Program-made: the position numbers and the translations under genes
Shown here: positions 39,997 through 52,100 of the stretch, piece by piece
How the letters are laid out: each line of letters opens with the position of its first letter
Numbering within the stretch: position 1 is the stretch's first letter
Notes under the pieces: model-generated
Seen by the model: the letters and a program-made list of their open reading frames with translations, nothing else
Database searches by the model: none
What the model was told of the DNA's origin: nothing
Origin: Tubulanus polymorphus
Taxonomy: Eukaryota > Animalia > Nemertea
Direction: 5' to 3'
NCBI RefSeq assembly: GCF_964204645.1
Contig: NC_134031.1
Span: 5,704,001-5,768,000 of the forward strand
DNA: 64,000 nt

Positions 39997-40333
39997 CATC
40001 CTCCCGTCGGCAGGGATTCGGACCTGATGGCATCGCTAGACTCAGCCATGGTACGAAACCACGCCGCACTAGACCGAATGCGCAGGTATACACACACAGG
40101 TTTAGCGTAAGAAAACTAGCGACATGAAATCAGATTGACCGTTGTATAATCGCAGGGACAAATTTTATGGGTAAACTATAAATTGAAAAACCCGGGCTAA
40201 AATAAAACGGAATTGCTGATTGGCCAATAATGACATCATCCAAGCTGCGCACATGGGCTATCGTGGCAAGGTTTCGTACCGTGGCGAGTCTTGATGCCAT
40301 GATCAGGTTCGAATCCCTGCCGGGGGAGGATGC
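39997..40333. mobile_element. TIR element with about 60-bp imperfect inverted termini
   Basis: catcctccc..cggcagggattcggacctgat...ggtacgaaacc vs ggtttcgtacc...atcaggttcgaatccctgccgggggaggatg. Confidence 0.7.
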
Positions 40334-40421
40334 GGCTTACCACAAATTAAAACTCATTTAGATTCACACACGATACAAAATACTGGTAGACGGTAATATT
40401 TTTGGTTCTGATATTTGATTC

Positions 40422-43400
40422 TCAAACGACTTTGTGTTCTTTCGTTGGATCGTGTTCGACCTCGTAGTCGAGGTGCACGAAACACCGTTCGACATTCGGA
40501 AGTTTTTCGATCTTCTGCTGCAGCGGCTCGCCGATGTCGTGCGCGTCCTTCAGCGACATGCCCTCCGGCAACACGATGTCAACCTCAACGAGGAAGTTCG
40601 TGCCAAAGTGGAACGCGCGCACCGTGTCGATGTAGCGAATGTCGTCGTGGTGATGCAAACACAGCCACGTGACGCGTTTGAGAAAGTCGGGCTGCGCCGT
40701 GTAACCGGTTAACATCTTGATTTGCTCTAAACATACGAGATAAAAATATAATCACATTTCATTTCGAAAATAAGATTTAATAACTAAAGGCCAATGTTAT
40801 CCAGTAGTCTTCACCTCACACTTCAGCAGTCAACTTGATAAATCACTCTGTCAGTTAAGAGAATGCTATCGTACCGGGTAACTAATTTTATATCTATTAA
40901 TTATGTCAATTTCATCTATTGTTAACAAGAGCTTTTTCTTAAAAATGTTGAGCGCTTTTTAAGAAATAAAACCATTATTCACAGATTCTATCCTTATACA
41001 TATACATATTCTGACCATATACTCTGGTATTCAAGAAGTTTCACAAATATTCTTCTCAATTTGAAAAAAAATATTGAAATTCATAAATTTTCAAGAGACT
41101 CTCTTCATTTTGTTTTCAGAAAAAACTCTTAGAGTTTAAGAAACCTGAATACTCATCAGTTTTACATGAGGTCAATCTAATTCAAGGAAGAGAAATGCAT
41201 CAATAACTCAACAGTTAAATCAGCAGCCAGTTGCTCAAAAGTTGGGTAGAGTTGTCCAGTAGTGACAATTTAAAGGTCATTGTTTCTAGGGTATTTATCC
41301 GCTGGTTATCTTAACCCAACCTTTGAGCAACTGACCCCTGAATGTTATACCATAGATATTTTGTTTGTACTCACTTAATCCAGTAGCCCACCACGTGATA
41401 AAGATGTATACACTGATTACTATAGCACCTATAGGATCTGCATACTTCCATAATTTAAAAGCTGCAAGTAAATTCATGAGAAACGTTCAATGCGCATTCA
41501 ACTTTAGCAGAGATTGCGCAAGGGCGGATCTAGGATTCTTTGAAGGGGTGGACCTTGAAATCGGAATATGCACTTAATTTGAAAAGGGTAGATTTGGCAA
41601 TGCGAGGGCTGCAAGCAAAACTTTGGTGTAGGTTCTGGTGGCTGTCCCATAGAAACTCAAGACAAACAGCAGCTTTTCTTTGCAGTTGTCTCTACAGTTC
41701 TTTAATTTGCGCAGGAACTTTTCTCTGCACTTTTTTATCAATCACTTACCTATATATCCACATACAAGCGCAACAATATTCGAGAGTACGTCGTTACGAT
41801 GGTCTTGAGCTAAAGCTTCCGATAACGGTGATTTCCAACGCTGACAAACCAAAAACAACACAAGTTTTGATACTGAAAAACAGAGGAACAAATTCAATCG
41901 AGACCTCAGATTTCTACCGTCGCAAGACCCACCCTTAAAGAAAGTACCGCAAATAGTGGTAAATAATTCCTGAAAATTTTCAGAATCACTCGAGATGCTC
42001 AGAAAATGATCCAATTTTTCAAATGTGTAGACGCACTAAAAGGGTTTAATAATACACAAATTGAATCAAAATTAGGATAAGACTGATTTAAACTGAGCAA
42101 GTTTGACTGTACATATACATGTATATGTATTCATAAATACAGTACAAGTATAGGCATACATAAATGGGAACAATCTGCTTTGATGCCAACTGTAATTCTG
42201 CTAACATTTCGCTATCCAGTACTACTAGTAGTTTTTTTCTTTAGTACAAATTGATTTTATTAAACAAGTCAATGGTATACAAAATAAATACATGCTAAGG
42301 TCCAGAGGACATTACAAGCAATTACAATTATAAATGAAATGACAGTGACATTTGACGGTGATCAAAAATTAATAAATGCACGTATACTGATAATTACACT
42401 AAAGGGTGATAATAATAATAGTAATGATAGTAGCAATGAGTTGTAACAATAAACGGAAAATAATAGTAAATGATAATAATAATGATAATAATAATAATGA
42501 TAATGATGATTATCATCATCAGTTAGATTCTTTGGTTTCTAGAAATGAATTTAGCGACAAGACAGATTACTGTTGAGTTTAAATCATAGTTATAGTTATA
42601 ATTATAGTTATACTACTAGTATTGAAAGCTGGTGCATCAAATAAGATAGTTAACCTATATAGCACCACTTGTTTCGTTGCATTTATTCTACACCCCGTTA
42701 ATAAGGCTCCTCTATGAATTTAAATACATGTATTACGGCTCCTCTACGAATTTTATTACATGTATTATTAGACTAAACTCCGGAAAAATGAAGAGCTAGA
42801 AAAGCTGTTGTTCATCAATATGCGCGTTGAGAAACTCCAACTCAACTCATTAGTCATAAATATAAGTATCAATTATTTCATTTACCTATTGTAAATACGA
42901 GAATAACTATAGTAGGAATATCCATGACAGGTGCGCCCTCTTGACCCGGAAGCCCGACCATTGTGACTGTAGTCTGTATCGACTGCCCGATCAACTGAAC
43001 GGAAGCTACCGACATGATGGCGGACAGGATCATAATACTAACAGGTTCAAGTCTTGTTCGTCCTGAAAAACACGACGAGCATATTCATAACGCACTCTAC
43101 AGGCAACAAACGATAAGAGGATAACTTCATAATATCATCGGCAAATACATAAGAAATACAGAAAAATAAGGGATCTTTTTCATCATAGAATGCTTTCAAT
43201 GAATGAAGCAAGCTTTATTGACAAGAGTAGTCCTTAGTAGGTCCCAACTAAGTACTTTTCAAAGCATCTGATTGCAATCAGATAAAGTTTTCCTATCTGA
43301 TTGCAATACACTGCTACCGGCACCAAATAAATCAGTAAACTACTTTCACAGTAGACTGTACCCAACTCGCTACTGCTAGTTAAACACGGTAAACTCTTTA

Positions 43401-46400
43401 TGTCAGTTGAAATTTTGACCCGATTGTAGTCCATAGGCTGCGCACTCGGTCCTAATCCAGAGTTCTTTGACATACCGGTACATAAAATCTGCAGGAGGCC
43501 AGTTGTGTGCAGTTGGGTACAGTCATGATTGCTGTACGGGATTAGTTTCAAAATATATTGAAAATGTCTTAAGAATGGTTTTAAAGTTAAATTTCCAGCA
43601 TTAAACTAACTTTATCGACATGACGTAGAAGTTTAATTTCAAACTTTATGGGCCTATAAAGCCAAGCTCAGGTCGACCAAGGCGCGATCAGATCGTCCGA
43701 TCGAACGGAAGCGAGTCTGCGATTCTTAAATCGGGAATGATTGACCGCAGACCGATTGTAAGCCACATCGTGAGGATAGATCAAGTTCTATTTTCTACCA
43801 CCGATCTTAATGTCGTAGCCAATCAGCGACGAGTGTTGCGTCACATGATTTTTTGGACTCGACAATGATCGAGACATAGTCGATCTGAGCGCTGTAACGA
43901 TCGCGAGACAAACAAATCGGCTATCAGCAGTCATGAGTTTACTACCGCTGTTCTTACGACGATCTGATCGGGTCGCAGGTCGACCTGTCGAGCTTGGCTT
44001 AAGCCAAGACCCACGGTTCTTTGTAGACCGGAATTACCTTTAACCCCAGGGCTAAATCAATTGAAAATGAATTAAGCTAGCCCCCGGATTAAAGGTAATA
44101 CCAGTCTATAAAACCAGCCCCGGGGTTTTTTTGTGCGATAATACGAACCTTGAGGATATGAGTAATGATTACGTTTTTTCACAGCTCTGCTCGTATACCA
44201 AATAACGATACCCGATATAAGATCAACAATACTGTCTACCAGACTAGATATCACAGACAATGAATTTGATAGAATCGCTGCGGCTAGTTTAGCTGCTAAT
44301 AACACCTGAAAAAACGGAGCAAAATTTCAAATACATACAAAAATGTCAGAGAAAGATGTTTTACTCGATGTAAGCCTAGAAAACCATATTCAGGGATAGT
44401 TTTTGACAGCTTAAACTCATGTCAATTCAATTTTCAATTAAATGGAGGCATCGTGAAGCTCGTAACAGCTCGAGATATTTCAATGGTGACATTTTTCTGT
44501 CATTTGCTCAGGGCTCATAAGCTGGCTTGGATTTTATTGATTGTTGATTGGGTTGTTGATACTGATCCTTGTTCAGTCAATTGTTCACTGGAACAACCTC
44601 TGGAAAGTGCTATCAGTAACAAATTGAATTTTGTTCAGTAACATTTCATCGAAATATGAAAGAAATGTTCAAATTAATCAGCAATCAAAATAGTAAGACC
44701 CTCAGTAATATTGTTCACATTTCTGTATGCATCGAACAAATCAAATCAGTATTTCTCGTAATAAAATTGTAACAAACACTGAAAATCAGGAACAGTTGGC
44801 AGCTCTGCTGTCATATTTTGAATTCATTTGCAGATTGAATTACCCGTAAGAACCCTCGTGGGATTATCAACAAACCAGAAGTAAAATTGAAGCCAGTTTA
44901 CGAAACTACTTCAATCAGCAAGGTTTTTGTCAATACTTCTCTACTTAAGTGTGTCCCGTATTTCAATTTTGGTACAAGATAATTTTTGCGTGTTGGGGCC
45001 AGTTGCGCGGTTAAGGTTTAGATCTAAGACCAGCCCCGAAGACCATTTTAGCTCGGTAGCTAATCTAAGAACTTCAGACCGACCACTTTTGAATTTCACT
45101 TTTGAAGTCTCAATTAAAACATTGAATCTCAAAGTTCATAACTTTTACCGAAAAAAACCGTTCATGTTACCATATATCAGAGCGGTGCTTTTGAAACCAT
45201 GCATTATAACACATGAAACACAAAATGCAAGTGCCAGCTTATTTTATTGCAGTGTAAAAAACGAATTAAAAATCGATGCGTTACTCCAGCTGCCATTCCT
45301 CTGTTAATGAAACCATTAATGAACAGGTAATATTGACAGCGTTATGGCTTCAAACATCTGTGCATTTGAAATGAAATACCGGTGTATAGACAGACAGTTC
45401 TCTTGTTCGGGCTTATTTTCAGCGTGTATCTCTCAAAGAATTCAGGATAGGCACTTTTATTTGATTCGCATTTTTCCTGACAATTCCCTTAATGTCCATT
45501 TCTTGAGTGACGTGTACGTTATTTACCCCGACTTGATCCGCTTAGAATCGATTCAATTAGGCCTCACACAATCAAATACGTAAAACTTGAAACGGAAACT
45601 GTTTCATTATACGCACAATCTAGCAATCTTAATAAATTTTCTCAGCTTTTCCTGTTTTTTCCAGATAAAAGTAGAACTTTCAGAACATCAGTAGGAGCGA
45701 CCAGAGTTTTTATTACGACAGACCCAAGTAGTTAGCTAGCCAAGTAAATATTCCGACTTTCAGCTCATATATTTTTAAAGGAATTCTAAAATTTCCCATA
45801 TGAAATGACAGGGCCGGATCCAGGCCACTGCTTGAGTGGTACTCAAGATTTGTAGAAGTGCCCTTCTATTTTTCAAGTTTGTCGTGAAAAAACCCGGTTT
45901 ACAAGGAAGAAATACCTCTGGCGAGTGAGTCATAATCGATGAGTTGATTTGACTTAGATCAGGGATATGTGATTTTGACTTGCACTGACATGTACGTTAT
46001 ATTCCAGGTTGTGAGTAAGGGTTAACTCTTGAGTTAAAATTAGTTCTTTTTCGATGAGTTAACCCCGAGTCAAATCTTAACACAGCACTGCGGAACTGGG
46101 TCCAGGCTAGTATTCTGGTAGTAGATGTAGTAATAAAGATGGTCAATTCGAATATCAAAATAATCGAGGTCAGCATCTCAACTAATTTCCCTGACGTTTC
46201 CCTAATTAAATTGTTAGCTTTCCTTTTAAACAAATTTTTTTGACTACTTCCTGACTTTTTTAAAAGGACAAAAATTCCTCAGTTCTTCCTCCTCCAGGTA
46301 AGTGGCGAAGGCTTTTATTTAATCTTACAGGCTCAAGAGATTTAGTCTCTTCCATTGCTAGCGGTACTTACTATATTGAGAACTAGTGACGCTTTCGCTA

Positions 46401-48550
46401 AAATCCCAGCCGTTCGTTCCATTTTACGCCGTTTGTCGTCGATGGCGCCATCGTCGTCGTTATCGGAGATGCTCGTTTTGAAACAGCGAATCAACTCGTC
46501 CTGGTCTTTGTAGTAACGACGAATTCTACGCGGCAGTTTCTTATCTTCTTTTTTCTTGCCGCGAAACTTCGACGTGAACGTCTCCAGACTCCAAAACGAA
46601 CGAATCGCATTCGCTGTTCAGAAAATGAAACATAAACAGACCGTATAAACTTCTTTATATATTTACCTGAACAATTGAGTCAAAATGGTATCCTTAAGTG
46701 GGAGAGAGTAAATGGGCGAAATAACACCTTCAAATACTTTTTGTCTTGGCTTTGGTAAACTATGCCCATTCTATAAAAACAAAACCTTCTAGGCCCTAGG
46801 GTCACTAGTGGCTTGCCTCGGATCAGGCAGGACCAATAAGGACCGACGATTATTATTATTATTATTATTATACAATATTTATATAGCGCCTTAATCCAAA
46901 AATGGCTTTACAAATAAAAACATTAAGCTAAAAACATCTTACAAAACATTTAAAAAAAGCACATGAAGAATTTAGTTAAAATGTCTGGTGAAAAGTTCAG
47001 TTTTACGATGGGTTATAATTTTTTTTTCTGGGGCACAAGATAATCCGAGCCATTCGGTTCTGTGGGTATTCTACTGGAGTCTATTCAACTAGATTCATAT
47101 CAAATAATACCCCTCTACCGGCTGACTTTGTCATAATAATGAAGAGTAGCAGGTGAACTGAAAATTAGGTCACTTTTGATGAATTTCAACTGGATTCGAA
47201 AACCAAAATCCAACCGGTATAACATTGACTTAACCACTGAGCGTACGGTATAGATTTGACTGAAAATCGATTTACCTATGAGAAAAGTTGTTTCGAATTT
47301 GATAATTGAAAATGCTGAAGTGTAACTGAGAAACCACCGGGGAACGAAGCAGACCCTTGTTTCCAACAACAGCGGCGCCAGTACCGGAACCTCATTTCAC
47401 TGGCACGTTTACTCCCTACAAATCGGACATTCCTGAATATAAGGAATTTTCAAGGAGAAAATTTCATATTTCAAGGAAGTCTTCGCATCACTTTAATAAC
47501 CCAAAATCACAGTAGACTCCCACTAAATCGGTACATACTGTTTATCTTAGTAAACCGTTAATTCAGTAGTGGTTTTATGGGCAATTTTTCATCCTTGACA
47601 CAGAGTCTACTACACTCAGTTTTTTCATGAAGTAACCGCCTAATAGGGTAAAAAGATCCTGGTCCAAACTGTACTGATTCAAGCGTAGTTTACTGTACAA
47701 CTACAAACTAGAAAGTAATTTCTAATTGCCTATTTCTCAAATTTGAGGGAGTTTTTGACATTTTGCTCAAATTAAAGGTATTTCAAGTACCAGTCAGTGT
47801 TTTCAATAAGAGCCAAGTCCCGGGGCCCAGACCCGTCTGTCGTTTTTAAGGACCCACCTGTTTTTTCAAACCAGCTTTCCTTTCAGGGACCGTGACATAT
47901 TATGGGACCCTCCTGTTTTTCGAAGGGACCTGGCTTCTTAATTTCTTACTAAAAATTCTGCCAGTACCTATAAAAGCATTTTTCCATTTAGGAAGTTTTT
48001 AAAGAATCACCGAATTTTAGGGTCCTTGACTTTCTACTGTTACATTCATCAAAACTATCACTCACCTTCGACGTTTTCCTCGTCCAATTTGTTAATATCG
48101 ATGGTCGAGTTACACGGAACAACTTCGTCCAGCAATATTTGTCGACACGAAGATTGCGACGAGATCGTGCCGACGTCCGCGTAGTCAACGACGTGTCCGT
48201 TTTTCTGAATTATCAACGGTTGTTTCATCCATTCCGCGGGATCGGACGCGCAATTACGCAATTCTCCCGAGTGTTCGTTCGATTTCGGCTCATCGGCGAA
48301 AACGTTTTCGTCGACGCTGTGAGCGTCGGGAGGTAGACCTACCGGTTGTCCAGCCATTTGCAGCAACTCGATGCTTCCCACGGAATCCACCCTCAACTTC
48401 TACGAAAATAAATTTATACGTCAAACACTTTTTGACCGGGATATTTTCCGAAAAATACGTAAAAACCAAGGCCACATCCCTAAAAGTAAACCTTGGATGG
48501 AGAGTGGACCTTTTAACACTTACCAGTGATTCTTCCTCTGTTGCTGCCAT
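40422..48550 (-). CDS. Cation diffusion facilitator, Mn-CDF / metal tolerance protein (MTP8-11-like)
   Basis: Exons 48550-48524, 48399-48066, 46613-46372, 44305-44149, 43062-42886, 41872-41750, 41461-41375, 40726-40422 join in phase; TM2 DSIVD and TM5 DHRND motifs, YPQGRTRLEP, C-terminal IDTVRAFHFG...AHDIGEPLQQKIE...VERCFVHLDYE. Confidence 0.93.
43658..44002. mobile_element. MITE (Harbinger-like) in MTP intron
   Basis: TIR aagccaagctc.aggtcgacc ... ggtcgacctgtcgagcttggctt with TAA flanks. Confidence 0.7.
47795..47960. mobile_element. MITE with CAGTGTTTTCAATAA terminus and 5-bp TSD (ccagt)
   Basis: Inverted-orientation sister copy at 52100-52259; TSD ccagt at 47790-47794 and 47961-47965. Confidence 0.8.
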
Positions 48551-49110
48551 TATTGTCGCTCGTCTCACAATACAACCATCAATAATGCCGCATGAATTTG
48601 ATGTCAATGAGTATAATTTCGCTGGCGTAATTTATCGACGCACCGCATTATTTTTACACACACAATACGCTCTGCTCTGATGATTGATAGTGATTGAGTG
48701 TTGGTTGGTGAATGGAATGAGGAAGTCTTAGTTCGCGAATGGGAAACCGACGACGTTTAAACAACGCCAGGCAAAAATCAGATGGGGGCCACTCAGCTAA
48801 ACTAGAAAAAATATCGGTTTTGATGAGACTACTTCATCGAATCGATGCATAAATCCGATTTAAACTGTTGAATAGGTGAATCAATTCGGTGAAGCAGAGC
48901 GTTCGATTTAACTTACTCGCTACTCAGGACGAAAAGTACCGAGTCCGCATCCGGATTTTATAGCATCCGACGCATTTTCCTAATTCGCGGTTAGTGGACT
49001 CAGTAACGGATTCGACTTCCGGTTTACTTCCGGGTTTGAAAAAATAAATATAGAAACGCACGTGTAAAATCGCCCGTAAATCGCATATCTTCATTCAAAC
49101 ACTCAAAAAC
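48551..49110. promoter_or_regulatory. Probable bidirectional promoter (MTP / UTP3) with tandem ETS-type sites
   Basis: 560 bp between divergent ATGs; gacttccggtttacttccggg (two CCGGAAGT on minus strand) at about 49015-49034. Confidence 0.6.
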
Positions 49111-52100
49111 ATGGGGAAGAAAAGGTAAGATTAATTCAGTGGCATTATTAGTCATCTCTAATAGTAATTCAACTGGCATAATCTTCAAACCGATGATCAA
49201 TGGCGGCCAGTGGAACTCACGCTGTTCATCACCATCGGCATCAAGATTGAAAACGTAGCCCAGGCAATCAGTATAAAAAGAAGAAATGAAACGCTCGCTA
49301 AAAGAACAGGCAATGAACGGCACTCGCAATCAATAATGAAAAAATCTTGTCAAAATGAGAACTAACTGAACTAATAGGAGGTTTTGAAAATTTTGTTGAC
49401 CCTGTCCCTGTTTAAGGTTGAAAACAATGCAGCTGACAGAGGGCTAACACAAAATCTACTTCCCTGTTCTCCTCTTCCCAGTTTGTCAACTTGAATGCAA
49501 TAAAGCTTTATTGAATTATATTGATCGCTTATTTCCGTCCGTTCGCAACGCTTAGATATTTCTGTTATTCTTATTGGGTCATCAGCAGAGACAGTTTCCA
49601 ATTCAAAGGTCCTGAACTTACATAGTCAGTAACCTGACTGTGGTTTAGTTTCACGATCGGATATTTTCACAAACCACAGTCAGGAATGGGAAGGTCATTT
49701 TTGTATGAAATCTTCGTCAGCCAATTTGACTGACGAGTAATTTGCCTGGCATTTCATTGTCTCTTAAGATATCTGTCTCATTTTTGTTGTAATCGACGCA
49801 CAACAGATTCGTAGTTTGTCTGATACCTATAACACCTCACCTGACGATCTTAATCCATGTGCAAATCGGCCGTAAAGTGAGAGTAAATTTCCGTCCAGTC
49901 AACAGCTGCCATTTTGAAAATTACTGGAGGTGCTGGCACCTGTGGACTGAGGCCAGGACAACAGCACAAACTAACAAAGCGAAACGACGAAATTTAAAAA
50001 AATTAAAAAATCAACACTTATTCACATTTTTCTTTTACCAGAAATTTATTATTTTATTATTTATTATGGAAAACACGAAGACTTGAAATAAAAGTTGGAA
50101 AACCCATCAAAAATAAAAATTGTCGTTTCGTCTTGGAAGTTTTATATAAATCCTTGTAGGTCCCCTTGTCTTATCATGCCACATGTGCAATACAGAGAAA
50201 TGGCGGCCAATGGCAAAATTTGTGGAGAAATTAATTAATTTCTCAAAATAATGTTGATTAATCACTCGAAACATACATAAAATTGGATTATTTCGAAAGG
50301 TACCTGTGTTAGTTTGTGAATTAAGCCATTAATTGTGGACTGAAGTGAATAGAAAGTATATTTTTGAAGTGTTACTTTTTTCAACCGTGTTTTGGTCCTT
50401 GTCATCCCTAACGTTGGTATAAGCCCATCCGATTATAAAAAGCTTACCACCAACGATTAGGTAACTAACTAGAACTTACAGTGAATATTTTTCTCTAAAG
50501 GGGCAAAGTTAAAGATGGTCGGGCGAAAGTAGAGGTTTACGACTCGGACGATGAGCGAGCTTACGAGAAGGCGCCTAATCCTAACGCAGAGGACATGTTC
50601 GCCGATGATATCGACGAATTTCACTCGAGACGCGATAAGGTGATGTTGATTTTCTTTATGTGTCTGCTACCCGGGTAAACTTCTACTGAAATGAAGAGTC
50701 AAGACGTAGGCCGAATTTTTTAAATTATGTTTGGAAGGGACGACAAGCTATGAAAACAGATTTGTGTAATTGTAGCTTTACAATATGTTAATAAATGACT
50801 CTGCCCACGTATCCTGTATGATTATGTTTATGAGATTGTGATTGATTATAGGCCTAGTTAGAAAATAAAAGCTGATCTAATCTAGCCTGAAAAGCAGACG
50901 ATCTTATCATTGGTATCCCTACTTTTTTCGGAATACGGGCTGTAGAAAAGAATAAATATCGATATTTGATACAACTATAACTATATATATAACTATAATT
51001 GAGTGATTATAATGCTTTCAGTTATTAGCTGACCAATTTTTAGCCTTGGAGATGCTGGAGATAATTTCAAAAAATTATGAAAATGTCCATCCCAGTGCGC
51101 TGTATAACAGACATACTGCTGAAGTGCGTCTACACCACAGCAGGGTGCATCAGCCATGTCCATAACCGATTTCTACACTGTACTGCAGTGTAGATGCAGC
51201 ACTATAAGGGTTAATTCATGTAGACCTTGCATTTTGAGGTGGTTTTGTTGTGCTGGTATTTCAGTACGGCTAAGTATTTGTCAACATATGAAAGCTAGGG
51301 AGGCCTCTTAACGCCTGGTAATTACCAGTTCACTAAGTTATTGGGTGATTCAAACGCCAGTTATCATGGGAAATGGGTTATTATGTCAATTAGGTTTGGA
51401 ATTGTTAACAAACGATGAACATTTATGATATTATGATTGTCATGTGATGTTTGTGTGGAAATGACATCCTAAGTAAAAAAAAGCCTGGTTGTGATCGTTA
51501 ACATTGTGATCGTAAACATTCTTGGAGCACCAGAGTTTTTATAGGTTTTTGCGAAATCACAACTGGTACACATGAGTGATGTTAGTAAATCATTGGTGTG
51601 AAGCTTTTATAATCGAATTATACATCACCTTCAATGTGAAAATATCCGATTGTGTAATAAACCTAAGTTCACTTAGGGGCTTAACCACTGTCCGGCTACC
51701 GACTAAACGTCGGTCTAGTAACTGTCTCAACGATAGACCAGTTACTGTTGTTTACTAAGCCACAGTCTGGTTACTGACTAAGCAGCAGTCAAGTTACTAA
51801 ATACCGGTACACAGTAAACCACGCCTTACTCGCACATTTTTGTCCCGAGATAGTCGAAAGTTGGCCAACTTTCGACTATCTCGGGACAAAAATGAAAAAT
51901 CGTTTTCTGACTTCTGAACAAATTTTCCTATCCTTGGACTCGCTTTCCTTACCTCGGACTAATTTTGCCATTCCCAGATTTTCTGAGTTAGTCGAGGTTA
52001 ACTGTATTAGGGTTGTATATAGGCCTACATTGTAGATTTGTAACTATAGTGTCTAGAATTTAACCGACAGATCATTGTTGATTGAGTTTACTGCCTGGTC

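Noticed and set aside
50515-50532. ATG giving MVGRK, resembling the human UTP3 N-terminus
   Set aside because: Out of frame and stops at once; a phase-compatible first exon (MGKKR, 49111-49124, GTAAGA donor) explains the gene start.
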